Positions 28,891 to 40,073 of a stretch of 64,000 bases of DNA are shown here, one piece after another. Location: NCBI GenBank assembly GCA_951406725.2, contig OX597832.1, forward strand, positions 1,116,001 to 1,180,000, given 5' to 3'. A program made the position numbers and the translations under genes. Each line of letters starts with the position of its first letter. Position 1 is the first letter of the stretch. Source of the DNA: Octopus vulgaris. Taxonomy: Eukaryota. The notes below the pieces were generated by a model that had not been told where the DNA came from, did not search any database, and saw only the letters and a program-made list of their open reading frames with translations.

Positions 28891-30157
28891 CACCAACAAC
28901 CCAGATATACCACCTTAGCATCAGCTGCTCCCTTGCACTGCCTGCATCAAGATTACTATCAACCCCCACATAGGGGTTGGTTAGTGATAGTAATCTTGGT
29001 GCAGGCAGGGCCGCCAGTCACCAATTCCCAATTCTTGTTCATGCCTCTCCACCCACATATTCTCACTCCTTGTACATGCCCAACCACACAAGTATATATA
29101 TATGCATGCACACGTGAGTGGATATGCAAGTGTGCTCTGTGTGCATATATATATATGTACATACGCATAAATACAAATGCATGCACCAGTATACATATGC
29201 ACACCAGTATGCATACACAAACATATACACTAGTATGCATATGCATGTGCACATACATATGAGTGCACATGTGTACATGTATGTACACACACATATATGC
29301 ACACATTCATATATGTATATATATCTACATGTATTGTTGCTATTATGCAGAAGTATCATAAGTCCAAAACGTTGATTTTCCAGAAAACAAAAAAAAAAAA
29401 GTTTCACCATTCCATTTCTTTTTACATTAAGAATAGTTTTAACTTAACAATGATACTTTGCTGGGTGCATAAAATTGTAACTCCATGCATTTATATTTCC
29501 AGTTGGAAATATTTTTGCAAAACTATCATATGTGGGACTTACTAGACTTTTGAAAAATGCTAGACCGTTGTATACACTTTGACAATTTTCATCTGAAGCA
29601 GCTGGAGATACGATAGTTTGACCATAAGAACCAGCTATTGCAAGTAAAATTAAATATTGAAAAAAAATGCATTTGGCCAAATTTGGACATACGACAGTTT
29701 AACATGTAGCAATGATATATATGTTTATGTATTTGTGTACATGTACACCTATGCACACACACACATACACACACATATATATATATACAGTTGTACATCC
29801 ACACAAACATGCATATGTGTGTATGCATATACACACACCTGCACATCTATACAATCTTATATATCTTGTATACACATGTACAAATACACACACGCATCCA
29901 CATCTGCACATATATGTGCATTCTTATATCTATAGATATATTGTCACACCATCCCTTCCTACTTCCCCTCCAACCATGTGACCAATTTCCTGTCCACCAC
30001 ATGGTCGATTTCCTGTCCATTCAGTATTTTCCAAGTAATTGTTGTCACTGAAATATCAACATCAAACTGTGACACTGCATGACCTTTCTCGACCAATCAC
30101 AGCCCATCTACTAGTAATAACGTCTGACTTTCTTCAAATGATTTCTCATTCAAATTT

Positions 30158-30205
30158 CCAATGGCTGAGGATAAGCATCATGCTTTGAAACTTTAAGTAC
30201 CATGG
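30158..30205 (+). ncRNA. Type I hammerhead ribozyme motif
   Basis: atgg-CTGAGGA-t-aagca(tca)tgctt-t-GAAA-ct(tta)ag-TA-ccat: stems I, II and III and a GUA cleavage triplet; the base of stem II is U.U. Confidence 0.7.
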
Positions 30206-30254
30206 ATTTCGAATCGAGCAGTTTCGATCCATATATATATATATATATATATAT

Positions 30255-30479
30255 TTCTTTACTACCCACAAGGGGCTAAACACAGAGGGGACAAACAGGG
30301 ACAGACAAAGAGATTTAGTCGATTACATCGACCCCAGTGCGTAACTGGTACTTAATTTATTGACCCCGAAAGGATGAAAGGCAAAGTCGACCTCAGCGGA
30401 ATTTGAACTCAGAACGTAACCACAGACGAAATACGGCTACGCATTTCGCCGGGCGTGCTAACGTTTCTGCCAGCTCGCC
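30255..30479 (-). mobile_element. tRNA-derived SINE family 2 with Nin-like domain
   Basis: Minus strand: ggcgagctggcagaaacgttagc...gagttcaaattcc (B box)...gcctttcatcctttcggggtcaataaattaagtacc. Confidence 0.82.
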
Positions 30480-31213
30480 TTATATATATACGTTAACATC
30501 TCTCTCTCTCTCTCTCTCTCTCTCTTAGTATATATATATGCATACACATACACATTTGTATCTTGGCATTATATATTTATATGCATCTATGCATGTGCAT
30601 ACATATATGTGTGTATATGTATGTGTGAATGTGTGCACGCATACATGTTTGTTTCCTTTTTCCAGATTGATGAAATCGGTAAAATATGGTATCCTTTACT
30701 TGGAAAAGGTAATAAGGGCTTGTATCAGAAAATGGACTAAAATAAAAGTGTGTGTGTACTTACATACATATATATTCTTGTTCTCATACATCTATATATA
30801 TGTTAAGTAAACAATAATATTTTGTAAACAAGTGTTTACTATTTAATTTCTTATAGATATTTATGTGTGTGTGAAACTGATAAAGTAAATATAATTTACA
30901 AAAAAATTTACAGTTTTATTTTGAGTAAAATGCCAGCATCTTTCAAAGCAAAATCTCTGAAGGTTGTTTGCATGTTTTACTGCCTTTGATTGTCACACAC
31001 TCCGACTCTGTTGTTTACTCTTCTTTCCCCCAAGTGTGGCTGACAGGACACATTGTGTTTTACTATATGTAAGATATATGTGCTGCAGCTATGAATTTCC
31101 TCTAATCATTGTTCCATTGTTTTCATGCTGTAATTGCTTTTTAAACACACATGACTGTGATTAAATATTAGTAACATTTATTTGATTTAAAATTTTTATT
31201 TTCACAATTTTAG

Positions 31214-31344
31214 GTTCAACTGCATTGGTGGCTGTCTTAAAAAATGGCATTCTAACTGTTGCAAATGTTGGTGATTCTCGAGGTGTTATGTGTGATAAGG
31301 ATGGCAATACGTTGCCACTCACTGTTGACCATAAACCACAACAA
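31214..31344 (+). CDS. PPM1L: PPM1L coding exon (PP2C motifs GSTA, ANVGDSRG, DHKP)
   Basis: ttttag acceptor and GTAAGA donor; (G)STALVAVLKNGILTVANVGDSRGVMCDKDGNTLPLTVDHKPQQ; phase 1 in, phase 0 out. Confidence 0.95.
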
Positions 31345-31689
31345 GTAAGATAATTTTTCAACTCCTCTATTTTGAAATACTGTTAAGTTACATGAGATTT
31401 ATTGCTAGTTGTTCTCCATTCTTAGCCCTTTTCTTAATACTAATAGCAGATTTGACTTTGGCATTCTGTCAACCATTGAATTGGCTCTTAATGTTGGAAC
31501 TGTTGTTGCAAAATCTTTGAAAGAGTGACATAGAGCTCTGTGCACTGAAACAAAAAAAATCAAAAATTGGGTTAAGAATTTAGGTAGACTGACATTCAAA
31601 TTTACCCAATAGATTATGTGGGTGCAGTTCATTTTAAGAAAGGTGATCTTTATCAGCCACAGAACTACAGAAGAATTACATTCTCTCAT

Positions 31690-31950
31690 CTAAACTAAAA
31701 AATCTATAACTCTTACTACTTAATAGAAGAATCTCTCATATATCAATCCCATCATTTTATGAAGGATCAAATTAGCTTCCACAAAGGGAAATCAACACAA
31801 CCACATATCCTTGTCCTAGAAAAAATCTCTCTATGCAAAAGGTGTCAACTGCATTTGAGGATTTCTCTAAAACATTTGAAAGAGTCAACAGAAGGGTAAT
31901 GTTACATATCCTGTTAGACTATGATTCATAGATGATATTGTCAGAGCTAT
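31690..31950 (+). mobile_element. Old RTE-like RT fragment
   Basis: QISFHKGKST/HILVLEK and AFEDFSKTFERVNRRVMLHILLDY. Confidence 0.55.
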
Positions 31951-32922
31951 TACTATTGTAACATCCTCTGAGAATGCTGCAACCAAAGTCAATGTTTCTC
32001 ACTGCAAAAGAAACTGCGTATATGACTCAAAGAGGTCAGTATGTTGCTAACAGTAAGAGAAATACTTTTTTGACATGCAAGAGACAGGTTGGACTTTAAA
32101 GACAGAGCTTCAAGATATACCTTGATGGTATGCATACCAGGCTTCTAGTGGAGGCTCAAAGCATCTTATGGCACGAGCACAAGACCAAAGAAGCGAGTTA
32201 TGGATACATTTGTCCCCATCTCTACTACTGTTGCTCAATGCAAAGTAGACTTGGTGGCCACTGCTATTGTGCTGAACACCAGACTATATCAGGTGTTATA
32301 TTTGGGAGATTCCTACACCCTATTAAAGGATAAAAACTACTCAACTATATTGATATTAGCAAAAACACAGAACATAAAATTGAGGACATACCAAAGCTAA
32401 TTGAGACAGAAGTTCTTGGCATGGTGAGGTAAATGCTTCCCAGAGATAGATTCAGTATGCAATTTTATATTAATGATAAAAAGAATGTGAATAAAATTTT
32501 CTGTACTTCCTGAATGATTAAATTGTAATAATTAATTTTTACTGGAACAGTTATAGATGTAAAAATGGCATTTGAGACTGATCATCATCATTGTCATTAG
32601 ATTGAAATACCTTTGAGTAGTGACCATTTTTAACCTCACAAACATGATAGTGATTCTTTGGCAGAAAAATTCTATTTTATGGATCTTACCACTTCAAAAA
32701 AATTATGTATTTATAGCTCTTTCTAATAACAAACAGATGAAGAGAATCATTAGAACTACATTATATTATAAAGGCTCTGATACTATATTGGTAAAATATG
32801 TACTAATTATGAATTGTAGGGATTAGCATTCATTCAAGCCTCTTTTAATGCTAGTGCTTGTATTGCATCATCTAATTTCAGTTCACTATTTTCAATAAAT
32901 CTTTGACCTATGGTGGGCCCAC

Positions 32923-33170
32923 AGGCATATGGTTTAGTGGTTAAGAGCACGTGCTACTAACCTCCCCAAGACTCCAAGTTCGATTCCAGGCTTTGACCTG
33001 AATAATAATAATAACAACATCGAAAAATACCTTAGGAATGAGAACCCAGGTTCGAAATTTCCCCAAGACACCTGAAGAAGGCTGGAGGGTATATCAGCCG
33101 AAACGTGTTAAAACAAACAAGATGTGGATAAATATCTGTCAAATGTAAATAATGTACATAATTCCTCATG
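32923..33170 (+). mobile_element. Solo tRNA-head/hammerhead module (PLE 3' end derivative)
   Basis: tggtttagtgg A box, GTTCGATTCC B box, (AAT)n, then acacCTGAAGAaggctg..cagccGAAAC at 33068-33104. Homologous to 43216-43460 and 44302-44760. Confidence 0.85.
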
Positions 33171-33394
33171 TTCATAGATGTTTGTAAAAATATAGTTTAT
33201 TTATATGAATTTCTTAGCTTCCTCCATTGTCTAACTTTGCTTCTAAAAAACTTGGAAACTACTTCACAGGAATTTGCAAATTTGATGCTTAAAGTGAGCT
33301 AGAAGAGTTTATTTAACTTAATTTATATTTCTTTCTACTTTTTATTTCAATTTTCTATGCAAGATATGTTAACCAGTGGTAATGCAGGCAGAGT

Positions 33395-34230
33395 GGTCAT
33401 ATATTGTGGAGTAAAAGATAATCTGTTACACTTAGCATTTGTCAACATGGTGAAAACTTTTGACAGGGTTCCTTGCTCCCTCATCTGGTAGCTGTTATGG
33501 AAGTTAAGGGTAGATGAATGGTTAGTGAGAACCATCCAAGCCATGTACAGTGATGCTATTAGTAAGGTAGCATAGCAACAAATTTAGTGTGCAGGTAGGA
33601 GTTCACCAAGGACTGGTTCTCAACCTTCTCTTGTTTATCATAGTCTTTTAGAGGAATTTAAGACCAGTTGCCCATGGGAGCTCCTCTGTGCCGATGACCT
33701 TGCTCTTATAGCTGAATTTCTGTGGAAGAAATTTCAGGTGTGGAAGTAAGGACTGGAATCAAAGAACCTTAGAGGTACAGTGGAATCACAGGAGGGTTAA
33801 CAAAGAAAGTAGTTTTTGTGTGTGGCAAATGTGCAGATATAATAGACACTAAGAATATACAGGAAATAGATTTCTTCAAATGTCCAAGGGTATCCTTAGA
33901 AATAGTAGATAGTTTTCATTACCCAGGTGACATGATTAGCAGCAGAGGAGGTTGCTCTGAAAGTGTATTTGTTAGAATAACAACCTGCTGGGAAAAGTTC
34001 AAAGACCTATTACCTTTGTTGGTAACAAAAGTTCTCTCCCTCAGAGTAAAAGGCTGCTGTATGATACTTGTGTACAAACAGCTACATAGCAGCCAAACGT
34101 GGGCTGCGACAGCAAAGGATATACAAAGGCTTGATAGAAATGAAGCCAGCATACACTGCTGGATGTGCATTGCCAGTGTGCTTGTATAGAAAAGTGTACA
34201 TGTTTTGAGAGAAAAATTGGGTATAAGAGG
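33395..34230 (+). mobile_element. Decayed RTE family A copy
   Basis: LAFVNMVKTFDRVP, GVHQG, ADDL and ORF 33818-34189. Confidence 0.85.
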
Positions 34231-34654
34231 TTAGCCAATCCCCAACAAATCTCAGTTATTAAAACACTTGTTGAGTGCAAAAAAATTTGGCTAGCTTGCA
34301 AAAAAAAATGAAAAGGCTAACTACTAACCTTGGTTGTGTCAATGTTTCTTTACACCTGCCTTGTCTGGAATTGCAACTCCTATCTTCCATCATGGTAATG
34401 ATGTTCTTTTTTCCCCTACTTTTAATCTGACTATCTTTCTCTTTCTATCAATCTATCCATTTTAACACTTTGCATTTGACTTGTTGTTTAAATTTTATGA
34501 AGAGCAGTAGACTACAAGCTATTGGAATTAATTTACTAAATCAACTATATGTTCTAACAGACTGGTTGAAATTATTTTTGAAACAGAGTTGTTAATGAAA
34601 ATATATCTTTTGCACAACAATGAGAGTTTCTCTGTTGATAAACTATTTTTCTTT

Positions 34655-34851
34655 ATTTGTTTCAGTCATTTGACTGCATCCATGCTGGAGCACTGCCTTT
34701 AGTCAGACAAATCGACCCTAGGACTTATTCTTTGTAAGCCTAGTACTCATTCTATCAGTCACTTTTGATGAACCGCTAAGTTACAGGGACGTAAACACAC
34801 CAACATTGGTTGTCAAACTATGTCAAGTGAGTGTGTGCCTGGCACAAATAC

Positions 34852-34890
<39 letters not shown>

Positions 34891-35074
34891 CACACACACA
34901 CACACATATATACGATGGGCTTCTTTCAGTTCCCATCTACCAAATCCACTCACAAGGCCTTAATTGGCCCAAGGCTATAGTAGAAGACACTTGCTCAAGG
35001 TGCTACGCAGCGGGACTGAACCCAGAAACATGTTGTTGGTAAGCAAGCTAATTACCACACAGCCACTCCTGCGG
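34655..35074 (-). mobile_element. SINE family 1, full length
   Basis: Same architecture as 19631-19968, with internal (CA)n. Confidence 0.88.
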
Positions 35075-35279
35075 CTATGAACTGTTACCATTTTAGAAAA
35101 TAAAAAAGTCAATAAGTAGTTAATGTTATATCTATCAATTGTTTAATTGTATACAAAAGATTTAAATGTTAATAAGGTTTGTATGCCTTTAACAGCTATT
35201 GCTGTATGTGTATAAAGATTTGTAAATTTTCATTTAGTATTGTTTTCAAAGAATTTTATTTTTTATTTATTTTTTTTAG

Positions 35280-35702
35280 CTGAAAGAAAGATCACGTATC
35301 AAACAAGCTGGAGGCTATATCACTTTTAATGGAGTTTGGCGAGTTGTAGGTGTTCTAGCAACTTCAAGAGCCTTGGGAGATTATCCTCTCAAAGAAAGAA
35401 AATATCTCATTGCAGAACCTGATATTTACATATTTGACCTGAATGTGATACAACCAAAGTTTATAATTTTAGCCACAGATGGTCTTTGGGACTGTTTTAG
35501 TAATGAAGAAGCTGTGAATTATATTCAGGAAAGACTCTCTGAGCCACATTATGGAGCCAAAAGCTTAGTCTTACAGGCTTATTACAGAGGTTCTTTAGAC
35601 AATATAACTGTTATGGTTGTAAATTTTCATGATGCATCTGTAAGTTTCTACCAATCAAATCAAGATGAATCAGCTAAAGAAAATCTTCAAAAAACACTTT
35701 AA
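35280..35702 (+). CDS. PPM1L: PPM1L last coding exon
   Basis: Poly-T + ag acceptor. LKERSRIKQAGG..NGVWRVVGVLATSRALGDYPLK...FIILATDGLWDCFSNEEAV..EPHYGAKSLVLQAYYRGSLDNITVMVV closely resembles the vertebrate PPM1L C-terminus; TAA stop. Confidence 0.96.
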   Translation: MKERSRIKQAGGYITFNGVWRVVGVLATSRALGDYPLKERKYLIAEPDIYIFDLNVIQPKFIILATDGLWDCFSNEEAVNYIQERLSEPHYGAKSLVLQAYYRGSLDNITVMVVNFHDASVSFYQSNQDESAKENLQKTL

Positions 35703-35763
35703 AGAATTATTTTTGTTAAAACTAAATTTCTTTATTGAAAATTTCTTCTGACACATTTTTCAA

Positions 35764-35769
35764 AATAAA
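35764..35769 (+). promoter_or_regulatory. Candidate polyadenylation signal for PPM1L
   Basis: AATAAA about 60 nt after the stop with T-rich sequence downstream; weak in this AT-rich background. Confidence 0.35.
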
Positions 35770-36174
35770 TTAAATTTCTTCTCAAATTCTTCATTGAAGA
35801 ATATCTTTCATACTTTTCTATTAATTTTCTGCTCATTTACAATACCTCTCTCCTTCTTAAATAGCTTTGAGTAATATCTTTTACTATCACATACTTTTTC
35901 TGTGTGTGTGTGCGTGAGTGGTAGCGCTAATCAGTGGGCAGGAAATTTTCTCCATGACAAAACACAGTGAATGGCTTGCCTATGAGTTTGAATCTGCCAC
36001 AAGCATATTTGAACTGGTAATAACATTGCATTTATACACATCAATGCATAGTGCTCCCACCCGTAATTTGTTTACGGTGAGCTGACTATTAGTGCTACTG
36101 CTCATCATACGATGACTGGAATAGCATAAGAGAAACAATCTCTCTTATCAGCTTGCAGTGCCCCTGTCTAGTTT

Positions 36175-36222
36175 CTGTGACTGAAGAGTAGATAACCACT
36201 CCAAAATGCTTGTATCTCACAG
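36175..36222 (+). ncRNA. Decayed type I hammerhead motif
   Basis: ctgtga-CTGAAGA-gt..ac-tccAAAA..tc-tcacag: 6-bp stem I intact, GAAA mutated. Confidence 0.45.
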
Positions 36223-36399
36223 CCTGGATAAGTAGTACTGTGAGCTGATTTAGGTGTATTTACACCATTTTTGGCTACAGCAAGAAATTTTCTCCAAGGT
36301 GAATGGTTTGCTTATGAGTTTGAATCTGCCACAAGAATATTTGAACTGATAATAACATTACATCATTAATTGGTTTTGGACCATACATTGTCAGTTCTA

Positions 36400-36770
36400 C
36401 CATGTCGTAGTCTGAGAAGATTGTTGGTGTTATCTTCATGTTGTGGATAAGACATTGTTGGTGAAACAGAGATCTATATCATCATTCCTGGTTGGGGAAA
36501 AGTATTGTTTGTTTCATGAACAACATTTTTGTGAGGTCAAGTAGAGATTTTGTTTGGTTACACTCTTTGCATGTCATTCCTGAGATTATGTGGCCTTTGG
36601 GCTATTTGATGTTGGGGAAATTAAAACCATCCATCAGAAGATCCAGTTTTGTTAGTACTTCTTTTATCATTGTAAGACTTTCCCTCAAATTTACCATCAT
36701 GATTTGCATGATAACAACATTGATTAAGCTTCGTGCAATGGCCATACTTGATAACGAGGGGTCAGCCACC
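36400..36770 (-). mobile_element. CR1-group LINE endonuclease fragment
   Basis: GFNFPNIK..GHIISG...LLDLTKMLFMKQTILFPTRN/DLCFTNN. Confidence 0.6.
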
Positions 36771-36795
36771 ATATCTATCTATCTATCCGTCTGTC

Positions 36796-36853
<58 letters not shown>

Positions 36854-37178
36854 TACATACAACTTCAGAAATTATTCCAATACAGTGATGATTCTTGTCA
36901 AGATGTAAAGTTACATATATATTTATTTATATGTATACACACACACTCACTTACATGTACCTATGTTCACACGCAGTACATATAAATACAGAAAAGCCAG
37001 ACAAGCACACAGAGTATACAAAAGATGGGAGCTTTTTGCACAATAGGAAAATATGGCGTGTCTAACCAATTATCGTCCTGTTTGACAATCACAAAAGATG
37101 TGTGCAGTTTAGTTAATTAATTAAGTACTTAATTACTGCTTTCCAGGAAATCTACAGATATATATATTAGATACCTTT

Positions 37179-37315
37179 CATCATCATCATCATCATCATT
37201 GTCGTTTAATGTCTGCTTTCCATGCTGGCATGGGGGGGACAGTTTGACTGAGGACTGGTGAGCCAGAGGCTGCATCAGGCTCAATCTGATCTGGCAAAGT
37301 TTCTATAGCTGGATC
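37179..37315 (-). mobile_element. RTE family A extreme 3' end
   Basis: (CAT)n followed by gtttaatgtctgctttccatgctggcatgg. Confidence 0.8.
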
Positions 37316-37552
37316 TGTTTATAAATTAAGAAAATGATGCTGCGTGAAAACTTGGTTATGTTTACTGTTACACAGAAATCCACTACATGTAAAGAAAAAA
37401 ATGATCTTACCTCAAAATTTCCAGCTTTTGACAAATTGCAGTGACCAAAAATCAAATTGCATACATACATTATTTTCCTCGACTTATTCTCTAAGAGAAT
37501 CGAATTTTTTTTATTGTGTAAGCAGGGAACTTCAATTTTTGTTTAGATAACT

Positions 37553-39965
37553 CAAACAGGCTTGGAAGGACTGGAAGAACGGTGGTAGCAGGGAAGTGTA
37601 TCAGACTGCCAGAAGGGAAGCTAGGAGGCAGGTGTATTTAGCCAGAAGGGAAGCAGATAAGAAAAAAATTGCCAATGTTCTGCGCTGTGAGGATGAAAGA
37701 CTTGAGGTATTTCGTGTTGCAAGACAGTGTGTGAGAGAGAATCGTGATGGGGTAGGAGAGAAATGTGTTCGCAAGGATGACGGTTCACTTGCACTAAATG
37801 AGGATGCAAAGAGAGAGGTTTGGAGATGCCACTATGAAAGGTTGCTGAATGAGGAAAATGAATGGGATAAAGAGAGTCTGCCGAATGTCGACCCAACAGA
37901 GGGACCAGCAATCCGAGTTGACAGTTCCTTAGTAGTTAAGGCAATTACAAGCATGGAAACAGGGAAAGCCCCAGGCCCATCAGGAATTACTGCAGAGATG
38001 CTCAAAATATCTGGTAGTGTCGGAGTCATACCCAATGACTGGTGTAGCAGCATACTAGTCAACTGCTACAAAGGTAAAGGTGACGCCCTAGATACAAATA
38101 ACTACAGGGGTATCAAGCTGCTGGATCAGGTAATGAAGGTTACGGAGAGGGTTATACCCCAACTAATTAGGGAGAGAGTTAGCTTAGATGAGATGCAGTT
38201 TGGGTTCGTACCAGGGAAAAGTACTACTGATGCTATATTCCTGGTAAGACAGCTGCAGGAGAAATACCTAGCCAAAGATAAGCCTCTGTACCTGGCTTTT
38301 GTTGACATGGAGAAAGCCTTCGACAGGGTCCCCCGATCCCTTATCTGGTGGTCAATAAGGAAACTAGGGATAGATGAATGGTTAGTGAGAGCTGTGCGAG
38401 CCATGTACAGAGACGCTGCTAGTAAGGTGAGGGTTGGCAACGAGTACAGTGAAGAATTCCGGGTAGAGGTTGGGGTCCACCAAGGTTCAGTCCTCAGTCC
38501 CCTCCTATTTATCATATTCCTCCAGGCAATAACGGAGGAATTCAAGACAGGATGCCCCTGGGAGCTCCTCTATGCTGATGACCTTGCTCTAATTGCTGAG
38601 TCACTATCAGAACTGGAGAAGTTTCATGTGTGGAAGCAAGGATTAGAATCGAAGGGCCTTAGAATCAACCTAGCCAAAACCAAAGTCCTAATAAGTAGGA
38701 AGGTAGACCAATCACAAACACCTTCAGGTAGATGGCCCTGCTCGATCTGTAAAAAAGGTGTACGTAGAAACTCTATAAGGTGCACCAAGTGTAAGCTACG
38801 GACACGAGAGGTGCAGCAATGTCAAAGGAAGGCTAACTAGGAAAATAGTTTTTGTCTGTGGCAGATGCTCAGGAACAATAAACACTGAAAATGTGCAGAG
38901 ACCAACTTCTACCACGTTCCAGGGAGAAAAACTAGAAGTAGTTGATAGCTTCCGCTACCTAGGTGACCATGTCAGTAGCGGGGGTGGGTGTGCTGAAAGT
39001 GTAACTGCTAGAGTAAGAATAGCCTGGGCAAAGTTTAGAGAGCTCTTACCTCTGCTGGTGACAAAAGGCCTCTCGCTCAGAGTAAAAGGCAGACTGTATG
39101 ATGCATGTGTACGTACAGCCATGCTACATGGTAGTGAAACATGGGCTGTGACTGCTGAGGATATGCGTAAGCTCGCAAGAAATGAAGCCAGTATGCTCCG
39201 ATGGTTGTGTAATGTCAGTGTTCATAATCGACAGAGTGTAAGTACCTTGAGAGAAAAGTTGGACCTTCGAAGCATCAGTTGTGGTGTGCAAGAGAGACGT
39301 TTGCGCTTGTATGGTCATGTGACGAGAATGGCTGAAGATAGTTGTGTGCAAAAGTGCCACACCCTATCGATTGAGGGAACCTGTGGAAGAGGTAGACCCA
39401 GGAAAACCTGGGATGAGGTGGTGAAGCACGACCTTCGAACTTTAATTCTCACTAAGGAAATGACTAGAGACCGAGACCTATGGAAGTATGCTGTGCGTGA
39501 GAAGACCCGGCAAGACTAGTGAGACCAGAACCCGTGGCCTCTACCTGGTATGTAGCCAGTCGACTTATACATACCTTTCCTTCTTGGGACACAAAACTCC
39601 ACTTGTGAAGACCCGTTGAGGCAAGTGAAAATCAAAATCAAACCAAATCAAATCAGATATCAGAAAGCAGAACCAAAATCGAAGTTGATCAACATCAATG
39701 GAAATTGCAGCTGTGATACCAGTGCCGGTGACAAATAAGCGAACCATCCGATCGTGGCCGTTGCCAGCGCTGCCCCGACTGGCCTCCGTGCCGGTGGCAT
39801 GTAAAAAGGAATGTTAGGAAGAGCATGTTAGGAAGAGCATCCAGCCGTAGAAACACTGCCAGATCAGACTGGGCCTGATGCAGCCTTCTGGCTTCACAGA
39901 CCCCAGTTGAACTGTCCAACCCATGCTAGCATGGAAAGCGGACGCTAAATGATGATGATGATGAT
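37553..39965 (+). mobile_element. Longest RTE family A copy (5'-truncated, one frameshift inside the PHD segment)
   Basis: ORFs 37596-38840 (KAPGPSG, YKGKGD, QFGF, FVDMEKAFD, YADD) and 38893-39519; (GAT)n tail. Confidence 0.95.
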
Positions 39966-40073
39966 GGTAATATAGGAGTTTTTAAGTAAACAATACAAAC
40001 TTCATAATTTTGGTACTTCTCAACAAAAATTCTATCTATGCAGTGTTTTAATTTTTTTTTGAAGTGTGTACTA

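Noticed and set aside
32923-33000. tRNA gene calls for tRNA-like heads (also 43216, 44537 and SINE heads)
   Set aside because: The acceptor and T stems do not pair properly and the heads are parts of dispersed repeats.
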